DNA from: Schmidtea nova | Lineage: Eukaryota | Reading direction: 5' to 3' | DNA length: 64,000 bases | Assembly (NCBI GenBank): GCA_044892505.1 | Contig: CM097882.1 | Span: forward strand, 153,078,001 to 153,142,000 | Translations under genes and position numbers: made by a program | The notes under the pieces: model-generated | What the model was told of the DNA's origin: nothing | Database searches by the model: none | Seen by the model: the letters and a program-made list of their open reading frames with translations, nothing else | In this document: positions 50,691-63,204 of the stretch, piece by piece | Numbering within the stretch: position 1 is the first letter of the stretch | Layout of the letters: every line of letters starts with the position of its first letter

Positions 50691-52040
50691 CAGGCAGTTA
50701 TTTAGATATTGCAGTTTATAATGAACGTCTGCAGAGCAAATATGAACAGCAATGGGAACAAAGATCACAAATACCTTTAACATGCTGCATGCGCACATCT
50801 ACACACGCACTCACTCACACACACATAAAGACACACATAATATGACTACTCACACCAGACACACAACAGTGATAACAATGAGTCATGTTAATGAAGAATT
50901 GTCATTTTCTTAGAATATGGCTACTCGGAAAGAGCTTACAGACTTTCATCAAAGCATTATTTACGGATTTTATCTTTGAGGAAAAAGTCAAAGTGAAACT
51001 GCTGCATTGACTGACAATTCCAAAGAAACTATTAACTATCTGATAAAGTACCATCGGGAGCAGACACATATCAACACGCAACGTTCAGGCCGCCCTAAAC
51101 TTCTGAGCATCCGTACACAACGGCAGCTAAAACAACTTGTGGTGGCTTATCGTTGGTTCCCCCTTTCCATGTTAGTGTCCACATTTAACACTGTCCCTGT
51201 GCATGCTAACATGTCCACCATTCGTGGCGCATTACATTTTCATGGTTTCTATGGCAGATACTACACAAGGAATCCTTTAATTACAAAAACAATACTTCGT
51301 CGTGGCTTGAAATGGTGACGGGAGAGAAGGAGTTGGACAGTAAAAAAATGACGCTCAATCATTTGGAGTGGTAAATTGCGTTTCACTTTTTTCAAATCTG
51401 ATGGACATCAATTCTGCTGAAGTCGCGTAGAAGAAAGATTTCACCCTGACTAAACTCAACCAAATGTGAAATATGGAGGAGGCTCTATTATGTTTTGGAG
51501 TCTTGTCTCAGCTCGTGAAACTGACTCTCTAGTGAAGTGCAGCAATCACATGACATCAGTGGAATACCGCCCCATTCTGGAAAATGAGCTTGTTCCCTTT
51601 CTCCCAGAAATTGAAGGGCTCATTTTCCAACAGGAATGCACCAACCCATACTTCGTACATTATGAAGGAATTCTTTCTGCAGCACAGCATCAACGTTTTG
51701 GAATTGGCTCCATAAAGCCCTGATCTGAATCCTATTGATTTTCTGTGGGACGTCCTTAGTAGACGAGTTCGCAAAAGGATTCCCATTGCCCATACCGCTT
51801 CCGAACTGGAAACGCATCTGCATTAGGAATGGTCACACATCTATCCTGATTTTCTGGCAGAAGTATTCGATACAATGCCTAAACGAGTGCGTCTTTTTAT
51901 ATAGATAAAAGGTAATATAACGAAGTACTAACTCTAAGCACTACAGACATTCAGTATTCGTGTGTGTTTATGACATTTGTTCCCATTGCTGTTCATTATA
52001 AACTGTTCATTATAAACTGCAATATGTAAATAACTGCCTG
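50691..52040 (+). mobile_element. Tc1-like (Tc1/mariner) DNA transposon, 1350 bp, defective
   Basis: TIR CAGGCAGTTATTTAGATATTGCAGTTTATAATGAAC matches the reverse complement of the right end at 35/36; the inner IR ATGAACAGCAATGGGAACAAA is also mirrored. TA TSD not preserved. Confidence 0.9.
50917..51931 (+). pseudogene. Tc1 DD34E-type transposase pseudogene
   Basis: MATRKELTDF..RSGRPKLLS..IIWSGKLRF (first D lost)..VKYGGGSIMFW..FQQ (frameshift at DNAP)..SPDLNPIDFLW; multiple stops and frameshifts. Confidence 0.9.
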
Positions 52041-52670
52041 ACTGGAGACTTTTGGTAGGTCGGGGTATATATACATATATATATATGTTAATTATTATCT
52101 ATATATAATAAATTATATTTTATATTTTTATGTAGTATGTATCTACACACATAATTGTCACAAGCACTGTGTTGATTATATACTGTTATTGGAATATATA
52201 TTTGAAAATAAATCGCGAGAGTAAGGCTGCAAAATTCCGAGAGTGAAGTGTCGACGGATTACTGTATTATATAATAAATTAGATATTGAAAATTATCGCT
52301 CATTATTTTATTATTTATTGCAAATTTGATTACTGTTATTACTATTGGTTTATACTAATTATGCGAAATATGGTTTCATAATTACATAGTAAATACAAAT
52401 ATTTTCTAACATTTGAATTTTCTCTAAATTAAATATTTACCTACCTGATATTTAAAATGTATCATAGTTTTTACAATAATAAATATTGTTAAAATAGCAA
52501 CTATTTAACTATGGAAATTTATATCATCAAAATTTTACAGATCACATTAGACTATAATATCTGATTTAAAGTTAGCCAAATGTTTATGTAAATTCAAAAT
52601 AAATTGTATAAATTTCTTATAAATTTTATGATTAACGGTACATTTAAATTTTTTTTTAAAAGTTGGTATT

Positions 52671-52966
52671 NNNNNNNNNNNNNNNNNNNNNNNNNNNNNN
52701 NNNNNNNNNNNNNNNNNNNNNNNNNNNNNNNNNNNNNNNNNNNNNNNNNNNNNNNNNNNNNNNNNNNNNNNNNNNNNNNNNNNNNNNNNNNNNNNNNNNN
52801 NNNNNNNNNNNNNNNNNNNNNNNNNNNNNNNNNNNNNNNNNNNNNNNNNNNNNNNNNNNNNNNNNNNNNNNNNNNNNNNNNNNNNNNNNNNNNNNNNNNN
52901 NNNNNNNNNNNNNNNNNNNNNNNNNNNNNNNNNNNNNNNNNNNNNNNNNNNNNNNNNNNNNNNNNN
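52671..52966. other. 296-bp N-run (masked or unresolved sequence)
   Basis: Seen directly; by analogy with the array N-runs it is probably masked low-complexity sequence. Confidence 0.9.
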
Positions 52967-54569
52967 TTTTTTCTTATTTTCTGTAAAAATGAAGAAGATT
53001 AGTGATTGTAAAGATAAATAATTTAAAATTATTCGTTTAAATGGAAAAAGTATTAAATTGCAATGTTTGATAAATAAAAGTGTATTGAAAAGATTTGCTA
53101 AAATATACTTACATAAAAAAGAAAAGAAACTTAGAAGACTTTCGATTGAATGAAGAAAACTTAAAAATATTTTTAATGCTCACAAAATAAAATAAATCTT
53201 TTGTGATTTTCAGCTCAAATATTTATTGGAAATAAACCGATTAATTTAAACAAATAAACTAAAATTGATTCCATTAAAAGTAATCGCATATAATATAATT
53301 TTATGATTTTTTTCAAAAGATTGTAATGCTATTCTTTTTTTTCTATTTTTCAATATTAATTTGAAACTCCCCGTGATGAAATTTTAATTAAATTATCAAA
53401 TCGGAAAATTTCTTTTCCATGAAATATAACTTTAATGGTAATCTGAAATATCTGAACTTTTTTATTGGTTATGCAACATTCAACGCCAAATTTTCAGTTT
53501 TAAGAAAATTTTTCAAAAATCTGATAACCTGATGCATAAATAGATAAATATCCGTCAGTTCCAACTTGATAAAGTCGACCTATGACATGGTCAACATTTC
53601 TAAATATTTTTAAATAAACATTATTATTATTTATATAATAATTGATATAAACAATCATTATTATTATAATAATTAAAACAATTAATATTACTAGAAAAAT
53701 AGTTAAATTTATCTATTATCAGTTTAAAATTATAAATTAAATACAATTTTCTTTTTAACTGCTTAGTTTTATTTAAACTTCCTGGAATAATTTGTTTTTC
53801 TATAATCATAATTCATTATTATATTTTTTTAAAAAATAATATTATTTTAAATTTTAAATTTAGTAGTTTAAAATTTCTGAATGCTATAATGCCATCATCC
53901 ATTATTTTGAAAAGAATAAATCTCGTATATTTTGGATCTGTATTCCAGCAGACTGGAAATATCATTTCCAAGCCGAATATCCAATTTCCTATAATAAAAA
54001 TTTTTTTTAAATTCAAAATTTTTATACCAGTTGCCTTTTCATAATTATTTCGTAAAATATAAAGTTGCTCAATTTTATACAGTGAAATATATTAAAATTA
54101 TCTCATTTAAAGAGAAATTCGGATATCTCAACACTTATAAAAGGTAAGGTGAACTTCTAACACATTTTCATAAACAAGGAAGCCTTTTTGAAGGTTGTCT
54201 CATCCTTCTTTTTCTTCTCACTATATTTTAATATTTTTCGTCATTCATATTTGGATGTGGACTTATTGTGTTATTAGTAGCAAAACGCAATTTAATCAGT
54301 TTGATAATATATTTTTTTCAAAATATCAAAACAAATAAGAAAATCTCTGAGTCACATTTCCTTACTTTAATACAACTTTGTTTTGTGGATTGTGACATCT
54401 CATCAATTTGAAAAACACTGAATTGTTTTGTCAAAGAGGTATTTTTGAAATATAGTTTGTTACTTATCGGTTATTAGGTCTACTTTGTATTTTGTCTCTA
54501 AAATTATTTAACAGTATATTTCAAAATAATTCCAAGCGCAAGAACAATGTCGGAATAGTCCTGCCACTA

Positions 54570-55415
54570 CAATGGGTTTTCGGAAGGGATTTGTCACGAG
54601 ACTAGAAATAGCATACTGAAGAAAGTGCCGGACCGCTGAATGAAGACGATGTTGAATTGAATTGAGAAACACATTGCTGATGAATCTATTATCATTTCGG
54701 ATTGCTAAAAAGGCGACAAGACCAAGGAGCTAAAGAAATTGGCTGCAAGCATCTCAATGTTAATTATTCCCTTAACTTCTTCAATCCCGATGACTCTGAG
54801 GTGCACACTCAAACGGCGGACAGGGTGTAGGGCATGGGTATTCAACTAAATATTATGAAGGGCCAAATTTATCTTATAACGGCAATCGAGGGCCGTATCA
54901 ATTAAAAAGTTGTTAGTTTTGTAGCGGATTACACTTTAACAAAATATAAACGTGTTTTAGTGATTGTTATTCTATTACCAAGTATTATAATGTTTACCAT
55001 ATATTTTTATATTATTATGTAATTTTCCAGACGCATTTTAAATTAATAACTTTATTACCATTATTTCATTTATTTTTTTAAATTTTAACGCATTTTCCAT
55101 GGAATTTGAATGATCGCAGCCGCTTATACACATATTTAATTTATTAAATATTAAATAATTATTATTAAATAATTAAATATTAAATATTAAATAATTAAAT
55201 ATTAAATAATACCTGAGCGTTTTTATGCATATATCATCCAAATATTTTTATATATGTGTAATATTCGAAGATATTGAAAGGGCCATTTTCAAATTTCGGC
55301 GGGCCGGATCTGGCCCACGGGCCGCCAGTTGAATATTCCTGGTGTAGGGCTCATTGACGTGAAGAAATAAGAAGCCTAGATGTATGGCTCGCCATAATCT
55401 TGACTTGCAGAGAGG
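54570..55415 (+). pseudogene. Merlin (IS1595/ISXO2-like) transposase relic interrupted by a hAT MITE
   Basis: QWVFG/GICHETR..KVPDR..IEKHIADESIIISDC*..HLNVNYSLNFFNPDDSEVHTQTADRV*GSLT*RNKKPR; the frame is restored when the MITE and one TSD copy are removed. Confidence 0.75.
54833..55341. mobile_element. 509-bp hAT (Charlie-like) MITE with 8-bp TSD GTGTAGGG
   Basis: TSD at 54825-54832 and 55342-55349; ends CATGGGTATTCAACT / AGTTGAATATTCCTG; internal GGGCC motifs. Confidence 0.88.
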
Positions 55416-55417
55416 TA

Positions 55418-55591
55418 CAGGTAACCCTTGTTGAACGCGGTTGTTAAACTAAAATTATTTTAAATGTTATAATTAAACTTTTAACTTCTTTTCTTATTAT
55501 AATTTTTTTATTACATGAAAATTTTTAGTTTTATTTAACTTGGTTTTAGATAACACGGAACCAGTAATCCGCGTTAAACGAGGGTTGCCTG
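55418..55591. mobile_element. 174-bp pogo/Tigger-like (Tc1/mariner) MITE with TA TSD
   Basis: TA-CAGGTAACCCTTGTTGAACGCGG ... CCGCGTTAAACGAGGGTTGCCTG-TA; TIR 20/23. Confidence 0.85.
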
Positions 55592-57465
55592 TACTCTCTA
55601 GTTGAGCGAATTCTACTTTACCACAGTATATTCTTATTTTAACTCGTTTGTTGTCATTTTATTTGAAAGAGTAATTTAGAGGTAATCCAGGTTTGATAAG
55701 TATCTATAGTTTATTATCACTTGTGCATCATTTAAAAATATCTGCACGTCTTTTATAAATTGACTACGATTTCACTTTTGACCTGCTCATTGAATGTCAA
55801 ATCATTAAAAACCTTTCTGAACACGTTAAAATGAAATATCTATCATCACAACTGATCACAACACTACAAACTGGCCCAGAGTGATTTGTAAAAAATATTT
55901 CATGTTTTTACTTATCTTTATCAATTTAATATTAAAATTATAACTTTGTGCCTTGAATTTTGTTTTAGCGTTTATTCAGTTGCATTTCATTCACATAGCT
56001 AGTATAACTAATAACTGCATGTCCGTTTGCTGATTGGTTGACAGTTAAAAAAATTTTAATACGAGTTTTGATATGATAAATATTCTTTAATTTCATTTGT
56101 TGACATCGAACAAAACTTTATCCATAATTTAATTTATTTTAAATTTCCGATAAAATTAATTATTTTTTTCCCTTTAGTGTTTAATGTAACAGTCAATTGC
56201 CATATTCTATACAAATCATCCATTTTAAAACTTAACTTATAAATTTGCAAATTTTTAACTAAAGTACCTTAAGTCCATAAACTGCTCTTTTTTAACAAAA
56301 CCTCCATGGATACGAATAAAACAAAAGAAATTGAAAATAACTAAAAAACATTTTTCTATTTACTATTATTTTAAAGTTGACAAATCAAAAAAACTTTTAT
56401 ACTTTTATAATTAATAATAAATAATAATAAATAATCGTTTAAGGATTTAAAAATTTAAATAATTTTTTCGGAAATTTATCTGACTATAAAATTGAAAATT
56501 CGTGCTATTTTAGTCATAAAACAGCTCAATTAGTTGAAAATTATGAAAATAACATTTATAGATAATAAATTTATTTTTAAAAATAAATTAAAATTTAGAA
56601 AATATATCAAATAATTAAAAAAATTATTATTGCAAAACTGATTTTTTTATTAAATATTCCAAATGTCCACAATTAAAAAATTAAATTATTTCCCCATATT
56701 TATCAAGTCTCAAAAAAATTTTGATAATTATTTGTTTAATATTTTAACAACCTCTTTAATAAACTACGCATTTTTTAATTTTAAATTTAAAAATTATAAT
56801 TAATAAAAATAAATATAATATAAATAACCGCTTTGAAATTGCTTTTTTCAACATTTTCTTTTTCAAGTGATCTTGGAAAATAATAACAATTTGAAATTTT
56901 AGCAATTTAATCAAGATTTATGTATAAATTTCTCAGATCTTGTTTTGCAATAATTATTCGAGTATTTTATCGTTTGCTTTCAAACTGACATGAGCATTTG
57001 AAATAGCTTTCTTGAAAACTACTTAGGGGATAATTTTCCATAAAAGTGAAATAATTGACTCGATTTCTTTTTTAAAAAAAAAACTGATAAAATGGGCAAA
57101 TCTTATCTCTGAAGACTTGATGTGAATAAAAGGTGATTAATTTCAACTGATTGATATTTTACTGATAGAGATTTGTATTCTTTCAATTTACAGATAAATT
57201 TTTATTTTGCCTAATAAGATACGAATTGATCACTTTTAGACAATTTATTTTTTTGGTTGCTAGCAAAAAATGATCATTAAATTATTCGAGAAAATTAAAA
57301 TTTGTTTTAAGATATCAATATTTATTTTGTTTAATTGTGAAAGGATCAATTTTCAAATAATTTCAGTCTATATATCGTCGATAATAAATAGTAATAATTT
57401 TTTTATTTGATTATTGATAAGAAGAAGAATAAAAAATAATGATGACGATAATAATAATAAAAATA

Positions 57466-57844
57466 ATCATAATTATTTTTTTTCACCTTTGATCTATTTT
57501 AATATATTAATCAACGATTCCCATAATGGTAAGAGTATAAATCAAAATTTCTTTAAATAAGTACTCAATATTTCGACACAGCCTTTATCAATCTTTATAT
57601 TAACTTAATCCTAAATACTAACCTTAATTATTTATTTTATATTTTATAATGAATTTATTGGATGAAAATAATGAGCACACTAAACACACTAAAAACAAAA
57701 CCAGTAATATTATTCACACCTGATAAAGGCTGTGCCGAAATATTGTGTACTTGTTTAAAGAAATATTGATAGTCTTACCATTATGGGAATTATTGATATT
57801 AATATTAAAAAATATCAAAGGTGAAACAAAAAGATAATTATGAT
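57466..57844. repeat. Second member of the hammerhead-arm inverted-repeat family: ~125-bp imperfect arms around a 130-bp unrelated spacer
   Basis: Arms share ATCATAATTAT..CACCTTTGAT..CATAATG..CAATATTTCG(G/A)CACAGCCTTTATCA with 49223-49910. Confidence 0.85.
57716..57748 (+). ncRNA. Hammerhead-like motif with C3.A8 mismatch (probably inactive)
   Basis: ACAC-CUGAUAA-A-GGC ugu GCC-GAA-AUAU-U-GUGU. Confidence 0.45.
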
Positions 57845-58354
57845 AACAATATAAATAATCAAAAAACGTGGCAATGATTTAATAATAGAAAAACGCCAAC
57901 TAAGTAAATTCAACATAAACGCAATATATTTCGATTGTATAACCATCCTCTTCAAGCAGCAATCAGGAAATCAATGATAGATAGAAAATATGCAATATCT
58001 AAACAAATTAATCAATAATAATCATCCTCAAAATTTAATTTAATTTTAAAATAAAAATTAATTTTTTACATAAAATTTCACTTTGATTATGTTTCCCTTA
58101 GCAATTTAACTTCAACATTATACTAATGGGGCATTCAAAGTACAACAATACAAGCATTTAGATTTTTTTAAATTGTATATGAGCATTGGAATAGAAGTTG
58201 AGCATTAGTTGTTACCTTGCAGATCTGAATTTGGAGTGAGAATTTTCAATTAAATATTGTCAAATCAAAAAGAGTACGGTTCAGTCAGATCTAGATAGCT
58301 GCAGCACATAAATAAAATTATAAACGGCTAGTAAAACAATTGATTCTTATATGT

Positions 58355-58820
58355 TTATTCCATTCAACCCATTCCTGCTCCATTCGGCTTGTGGAGGTTA
58401 CCACAAGCAGAGAAGATTTAGTGGGAACGATGTCCCGTTTGGCTACATTCACGTTCAATTCTTGATGATCCAGCAGCCACCACGAATTAGTTCATTTTGT
58501 TCTAGGATCAGGATCGGATACCCCAGTGGTTGATTTATTTTCAAGAAATTCCGGTCTGCAAATTAAATGCACTAGGAATGATCCTTTTAGGCAATCCTAG
58601 AAATATTTACACCGGTGAGAAACTACAATTAAGGAACCTCCATTTCCCGTTTGATGAAACATGGTGGCAGGAAACCACGTGGAGTTCCAATATTCAGATT
58701 TGTGAAATATTCGCCTTCAGATTCTAGTTGTCTTGGAGGCCTGATCCGAAAGTCTACTCATTACATGGAGTTCGAATGCTGCCGGATGACAATACCCAAG
58801 ATTTCATCACCAAGGGCTAA
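58355..58820 (+). pseudogene. Degenerate ~150-codon reading frame of unknown family
   Basis: One frame continues through a few stops: SIQPIPAPFGLWRLPQAEKI*WERCPVWLHSRSILDDP..PQWLIYFQEIPVCKLNALGMILLGNPRNIYTGEKLQLRNLHFPFDETWWQETTW..LSWRPDPKVYSLHGVRMLPDDNTQDFITKG*. GC is clearly above the flanks. Confidence 0.35.
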
Positions 58821-59227
58821 CCCCTCTAACAAAATTATCTTCATTTTGTGTTGTTGTTGTTGTTTTGTGGAAATTAATGGCATATTACTAGTAGTTTCGT
58901 TTTAAGTTATTAATACCTTTGTATTTTATTGTGTAAATGATAAATTATGTTGAGAGAATACTTTGATTATATAAATTCAGTTCAGGAAAGGTGTTAGTAT
59001 ACGACCTTACCAACTTAGAGTACGATTATTATTAATGGATAACATGAACCGAAACTCAAAGATTTTCATTACTCAAATAGAAAAGCCTAGTTATTTCGCT
59101 GGAATTAAGATCATTATTTGAGACCCAAGAGAAAGGCATCCATGAAGGAACGGGAACCACCACCTACCTATTTTTCGGAGATGAATAGCAATTTATTGCA
59201 TATGAATATTTCTATTTTTGTAGAATG

Positions 59228-59626
59228 AGTAAAGAAAAGAAAGAGTTAAAGAAAGCCTAACAGATGCTCCACGAACTGAGGCGCGAAAATCAATCATTGA
59301 AAAGAAAGATCTCTCAGCTAGCTCGTGTAAATGAAGAGATACACTATACCCGGGTCACTACGGCCAGTATGAAAATGGCACTTAAACGGATCGACAGATT
59401 GAATCAGGCGCTTAGTGATCAAGAAACCGAACTCTCGACTACCAAACTCGAGTTCAATTGATGCCTCCTGTCAACAACAGCAGATTTCGTGTTACTGCAT
59501 CTACAAGACCAGATCCGGCCCATCACACTGCACAAATGGAAAGCACAACAATCATCCACGAGGGAAACACAGACTGATTTCTCTGCATCAGTTGAATTAC
59601 CAAAGTCGATATCAGTGCTCGCATAA
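59228..59626 (+). pseudogene. Degenerate coiled-coil protein ORF of unknown family
   Basis: MSKEKKELKKA*QMLHELRRENQSLKRKISQLARVNEE..LKRIDRLNQALSDQETELSTTKLEFN*CLL..STRETQTDFSASVELPKSISVLA*; two in-frame stops. Confidence 0.4.
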
Positions 59627-61165
59627 CATCCATCGAACAAAGGAATCCTGTAACCGAAACGTCAGAACCGGATGGGTGCAAAGCATTGACGCAAACGCCG
59701 TTCCTTTGCAGAGAGGTTAGCCATACAGGTCGATCTATCGAGTAGATTGAGCGAAAGACAATTAATCGAATTTATAAACCCCGATGTGTTATGTAAATAA
59801 ATGTATTGTTTTATTATTGAGTTTTTTGTTTGATTTTAGTAAATTACCAGATATAAATGAGAGTGTTTTTGTATTATAGTGTTCAAATTAAATAAAAGGA
59901 CCGAAGGTCTTCTATCGACTAGTGAACCCTAGTATGTGAAAGAGGGGAATAGTAATCACCTAGATTGCTCACCCGCACCATTGACATACACCAGTTGATG
60001 CAGTACCAACGTGAGATAGAACTATGGTTGTCTCACGGTCATTATTGCGGAGGACAATTATGTTTATGTTAGTGGAGCTATCCTAGTAACAATCAAGCTT
60101 AATTTATAACATCCACCCAACACCAGTACCATTTATATTAATATTTTAAAACTAATTTAATTATATAGAAAATCTTACTGTGAAATGACTATATATTTTC
60201 AATACTTTAATGTTTTTCCCTTTCTTTTTCTCTTTCTCCTTTGTAGAACGGAAATGATTTTTTCCAACAAGGTAGTAAATGGGTGATTTTATTTGGATTT
60301 TAAGTGCTTGACTCTACAAAGAATAGCTACATTAAGTTTGAGACTTTTTCATTGTTTTCGCTTGTTAATATTCTCACGAATATTAGATTTTCTTTTATTA
60401 TCTGAATTACATTAGTGAAGATTTATATATAAAATAATTTTCCATTTAGATCAAGATGATCTTTAAATCTTTAAATCTTTAAACATATCAATTTGATTGA
60501 AACCAGTAAATTATCAAATTTGTTATGTTGTATTTTTTACATTTATCAAGGCATTGTTTTTGAAATAATATTTAAATTAAATTAATAATTAAATAATACA
60601 TTATTTGATATTAACATAATAAAAAGAACTTAAATTACATGATATTTAACGTTTGTCTAAATAAATCTTTCACAAATTTATATAATTTTTTTTTATTTTT
60701 TATTTATTATTAATTCTAATAATTATTAAAAATAAAAAAAAATTAATATCCATGCCAAATTATTTTGTATTTAAGTACACGTTTCGAAATCGAAAGTGAA
60801 ATATTAAATTAAATTTATATTTAAATTGATTTTTTTATAATAATTATTGCATATGTTACTCAAATATTCAATCAGAAATTATAAAAAATTATATAATTTT
60901 ATAAAATGAATTGCCTTACTAAAATATCATTATTTCAAGCATAAATAATGTAATTAATTATCACTGTCCAAGAAGGATTAACTATAAACAAAATAAAGCA
61001 CATTACTCTTGAGAAATACTGAAAACTTTATATAGAAAACATAATTTTGTTATCATATCTATAAGAAACAATAAATTCTTTTCAACATTCTATTTTTTTA
61101 TTGTATTATTTTTATATTGTATTATTAAATTAAAATCTTAATTATTTTGCATGATCAAATATTTA

Positions 61166-61197
<32 letters not shown>

Positions 61198-61454
61198 AAT
61201 ATATAAATTTACAGCACGGTTAACACAATACATCATTGGGGTAAATAAAAAGAATTACCAAGCAAACACGCAAGTATTTATAAATAAAAACTTTTATTTT
61301 CATTTTTAAAAGACTATAGATCATGAAAATTTTGTGTATTTATAAAAAAATAACTTCGATAGTCTTTGAAAAAATAAAATTTCTAAAAAAGAAACGAAAA
61401 GATCAAAAATAGAAATAAGGCATCATTAAAAATGATAATTTTTTACATGATCTT

Positions 61455-61635
61455 TAATTAATAAAATAATTAATAAATTAATAAATTAATATAATTAATA
61501 AAATTAATAAAATAATTAATAAATTAATAAATTAATATAATTAATATAATTAATAAATAAATCAATAAATCAATATAATTAATAAATCAATAAATTAATC
61601 AATATAATTAATAAATTAATAAATTAATATGCATA
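61455..61635. repeat. Low-complexity AATAAATT/AATTAAT minisatellite
   Basis: Degenerate tandem 7-9-mers seen directly. Confidence 0.8.
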
Positions 61636-61659
61636 TTAAAGAATTAATATCATCAATTT

Positions 61660-62451
61660 CAAATTTTAACGAAACTGAACTACTTCATCATCTCGTTGCT
61701 AAGCAACTTATTCGAAAATCAATTTGCTGCAGTCATTGCGGGGATACTTTAAAGCTCATCAAAAATAAACGAAGTTGGTGCGGTTTTATATGACAATGTA
61801 TTACCTACACTTGTTCGAAATTAAAACAACAAAAAGCATAGCTTCGGGTTTAAAATTCGAAAAACTGAAAGTAGATATTAAAAAATTCTTAAAATCATAA
61901 TATATTGGAGCCAAAATTTAAACCAAACATAAATTTAGGACTTGTTAATATTTCAAGATCAACTTTATCTGCTATTCGTTTGATCTTACTATTATATTTA
62001 AGGAAGTTTTTTAAGTCGAATCATATAAAATTAGGAGGACCCGGTGTCATCATTCATAGTGGCGAAACAATGCTTAATTTTATAGTAAAACGTCACCATG
62101 GCCGAGGACCAAGACAACAAATCTGGGCGATTGTTTTTGTTGACATGTCAACTATATCTTCACTTGGATTTGCTAAAATTATTCTAAATTCAAATAAAGA
62201 GACGCTGCTAAGTGTTATTAATATGGTAATGCGATATGGTTCTATAATCTACACTGATTAATTTGCTTCATACAGGGCCCTTTGAACATAAAACCGTTAC
62301 ACTTAAATACAATCTTGTTTGTCCTTTGACATGGACAATTACACAGAATGTGGAAAGCTATAATAATAAGCTAAATTTGGAAATTAAAGAGGCAAGAGGA
62401 TTTACTGATGAAAGCACGTTTGTCTTTTTTGGAAGAATTTTTATTTATTGA
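61660..62451 (+). pseudogene. Merlin (IS1595/ISXO2-like) transposase relic
   Basis: N-terminal CSHC..C..C zinc ribbon; KLGGPGVIIHSGETMLN (first D lost), HHGRGP, NKETLLSVI, GSIIYTD*, HKTV, TQNVESYNNKL. Confidence 0.8.
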
Positions 62452-62966
62452 TACATTTAAAGAAATAAGTCTTGATATAATATTTAGTCTACTACGGTAT
62501 AATACTGATTATTTTAATTATAATTTTTATTATAATACTGAATTTGTGGATTTAATTTTTTTGATAGTGAAATGAATGATAAGTTAAAGATTTTTTCTAA
62601 AGAAAATGTTAGATTTGTGATTTTGAAGAGTGGTGGAAGAAAGAAAACAATTACAATTAATAAATATTAAAATATTTAATTATAAGAATTAGAGAATAAT
62701 AAAAATTAATAAAAATATTATATATTATTAATAAAAATTTTGTAATAACATATAATAAATATGAGGTGTTGCCCAAGAACCCTGAATTACCCAAATAACC
62801 ACGACACATTTATAGTTGAAATTTAAAAGAGAATTTTTTTTATTTTCTTAATATAAATATTTAATTTAAACTTCTAAATTTAAATTTAAAATATTTTTAT
62901 ATATTTCCCTTAAAATAAAAATATTTCAACTTTTGTTTAAAATCCAAAGTTAATTTCAGTCTTTAA

Positions 62967-63204
62967 CCCTTTCAATACTGTAGAGACATATTGTCCCAGA
63001 GAATTTCTAATAATTACTAAAATAATTTAAATGCCAAGTAAGCTATTTATAATTTTATTTTACTTATTAAGTGTGCAGCAATAGTTTTTTATGAGTTTTT
63101 TTTAATTTGAAAAATAAAAATGGGACTTATATGTTTTATTATATGAATGTTAATTATCGGAATATTACATGAATTATTAAAATAAAAAAATCGTATTGAA
63201 AGGG
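62967..63204. mobile_element. 238-bp piggyBac-like MITE with TTAA TSD
   Basis: TTAA-CCCTTTCAATAC ... GTATTGAAAGGG-TTAA; perfect 12-bp TIR. Confidence 0.9.

Noticed and set aside
53819-54016. Minus-strand ORF GNWIFGLEMIFPVCWNTDPKY.. and a possible plus-strand micro-exon at 54083-54143
   Set aside because: Splice-like signals are present, but I recognised no domain or partner exon; too weak to call without RNA data.
59938-60091. Polypurine tract followed by an LTR
   Set aside because: The following sequence starts TA rather than TG, would be only ~140 bp, and has no second copy in the window; kept only as a hint.
61215-62800. TIRs for the second Merlin relic
   Set aside because: No convincing inverted pair or TSD found around the ORF.
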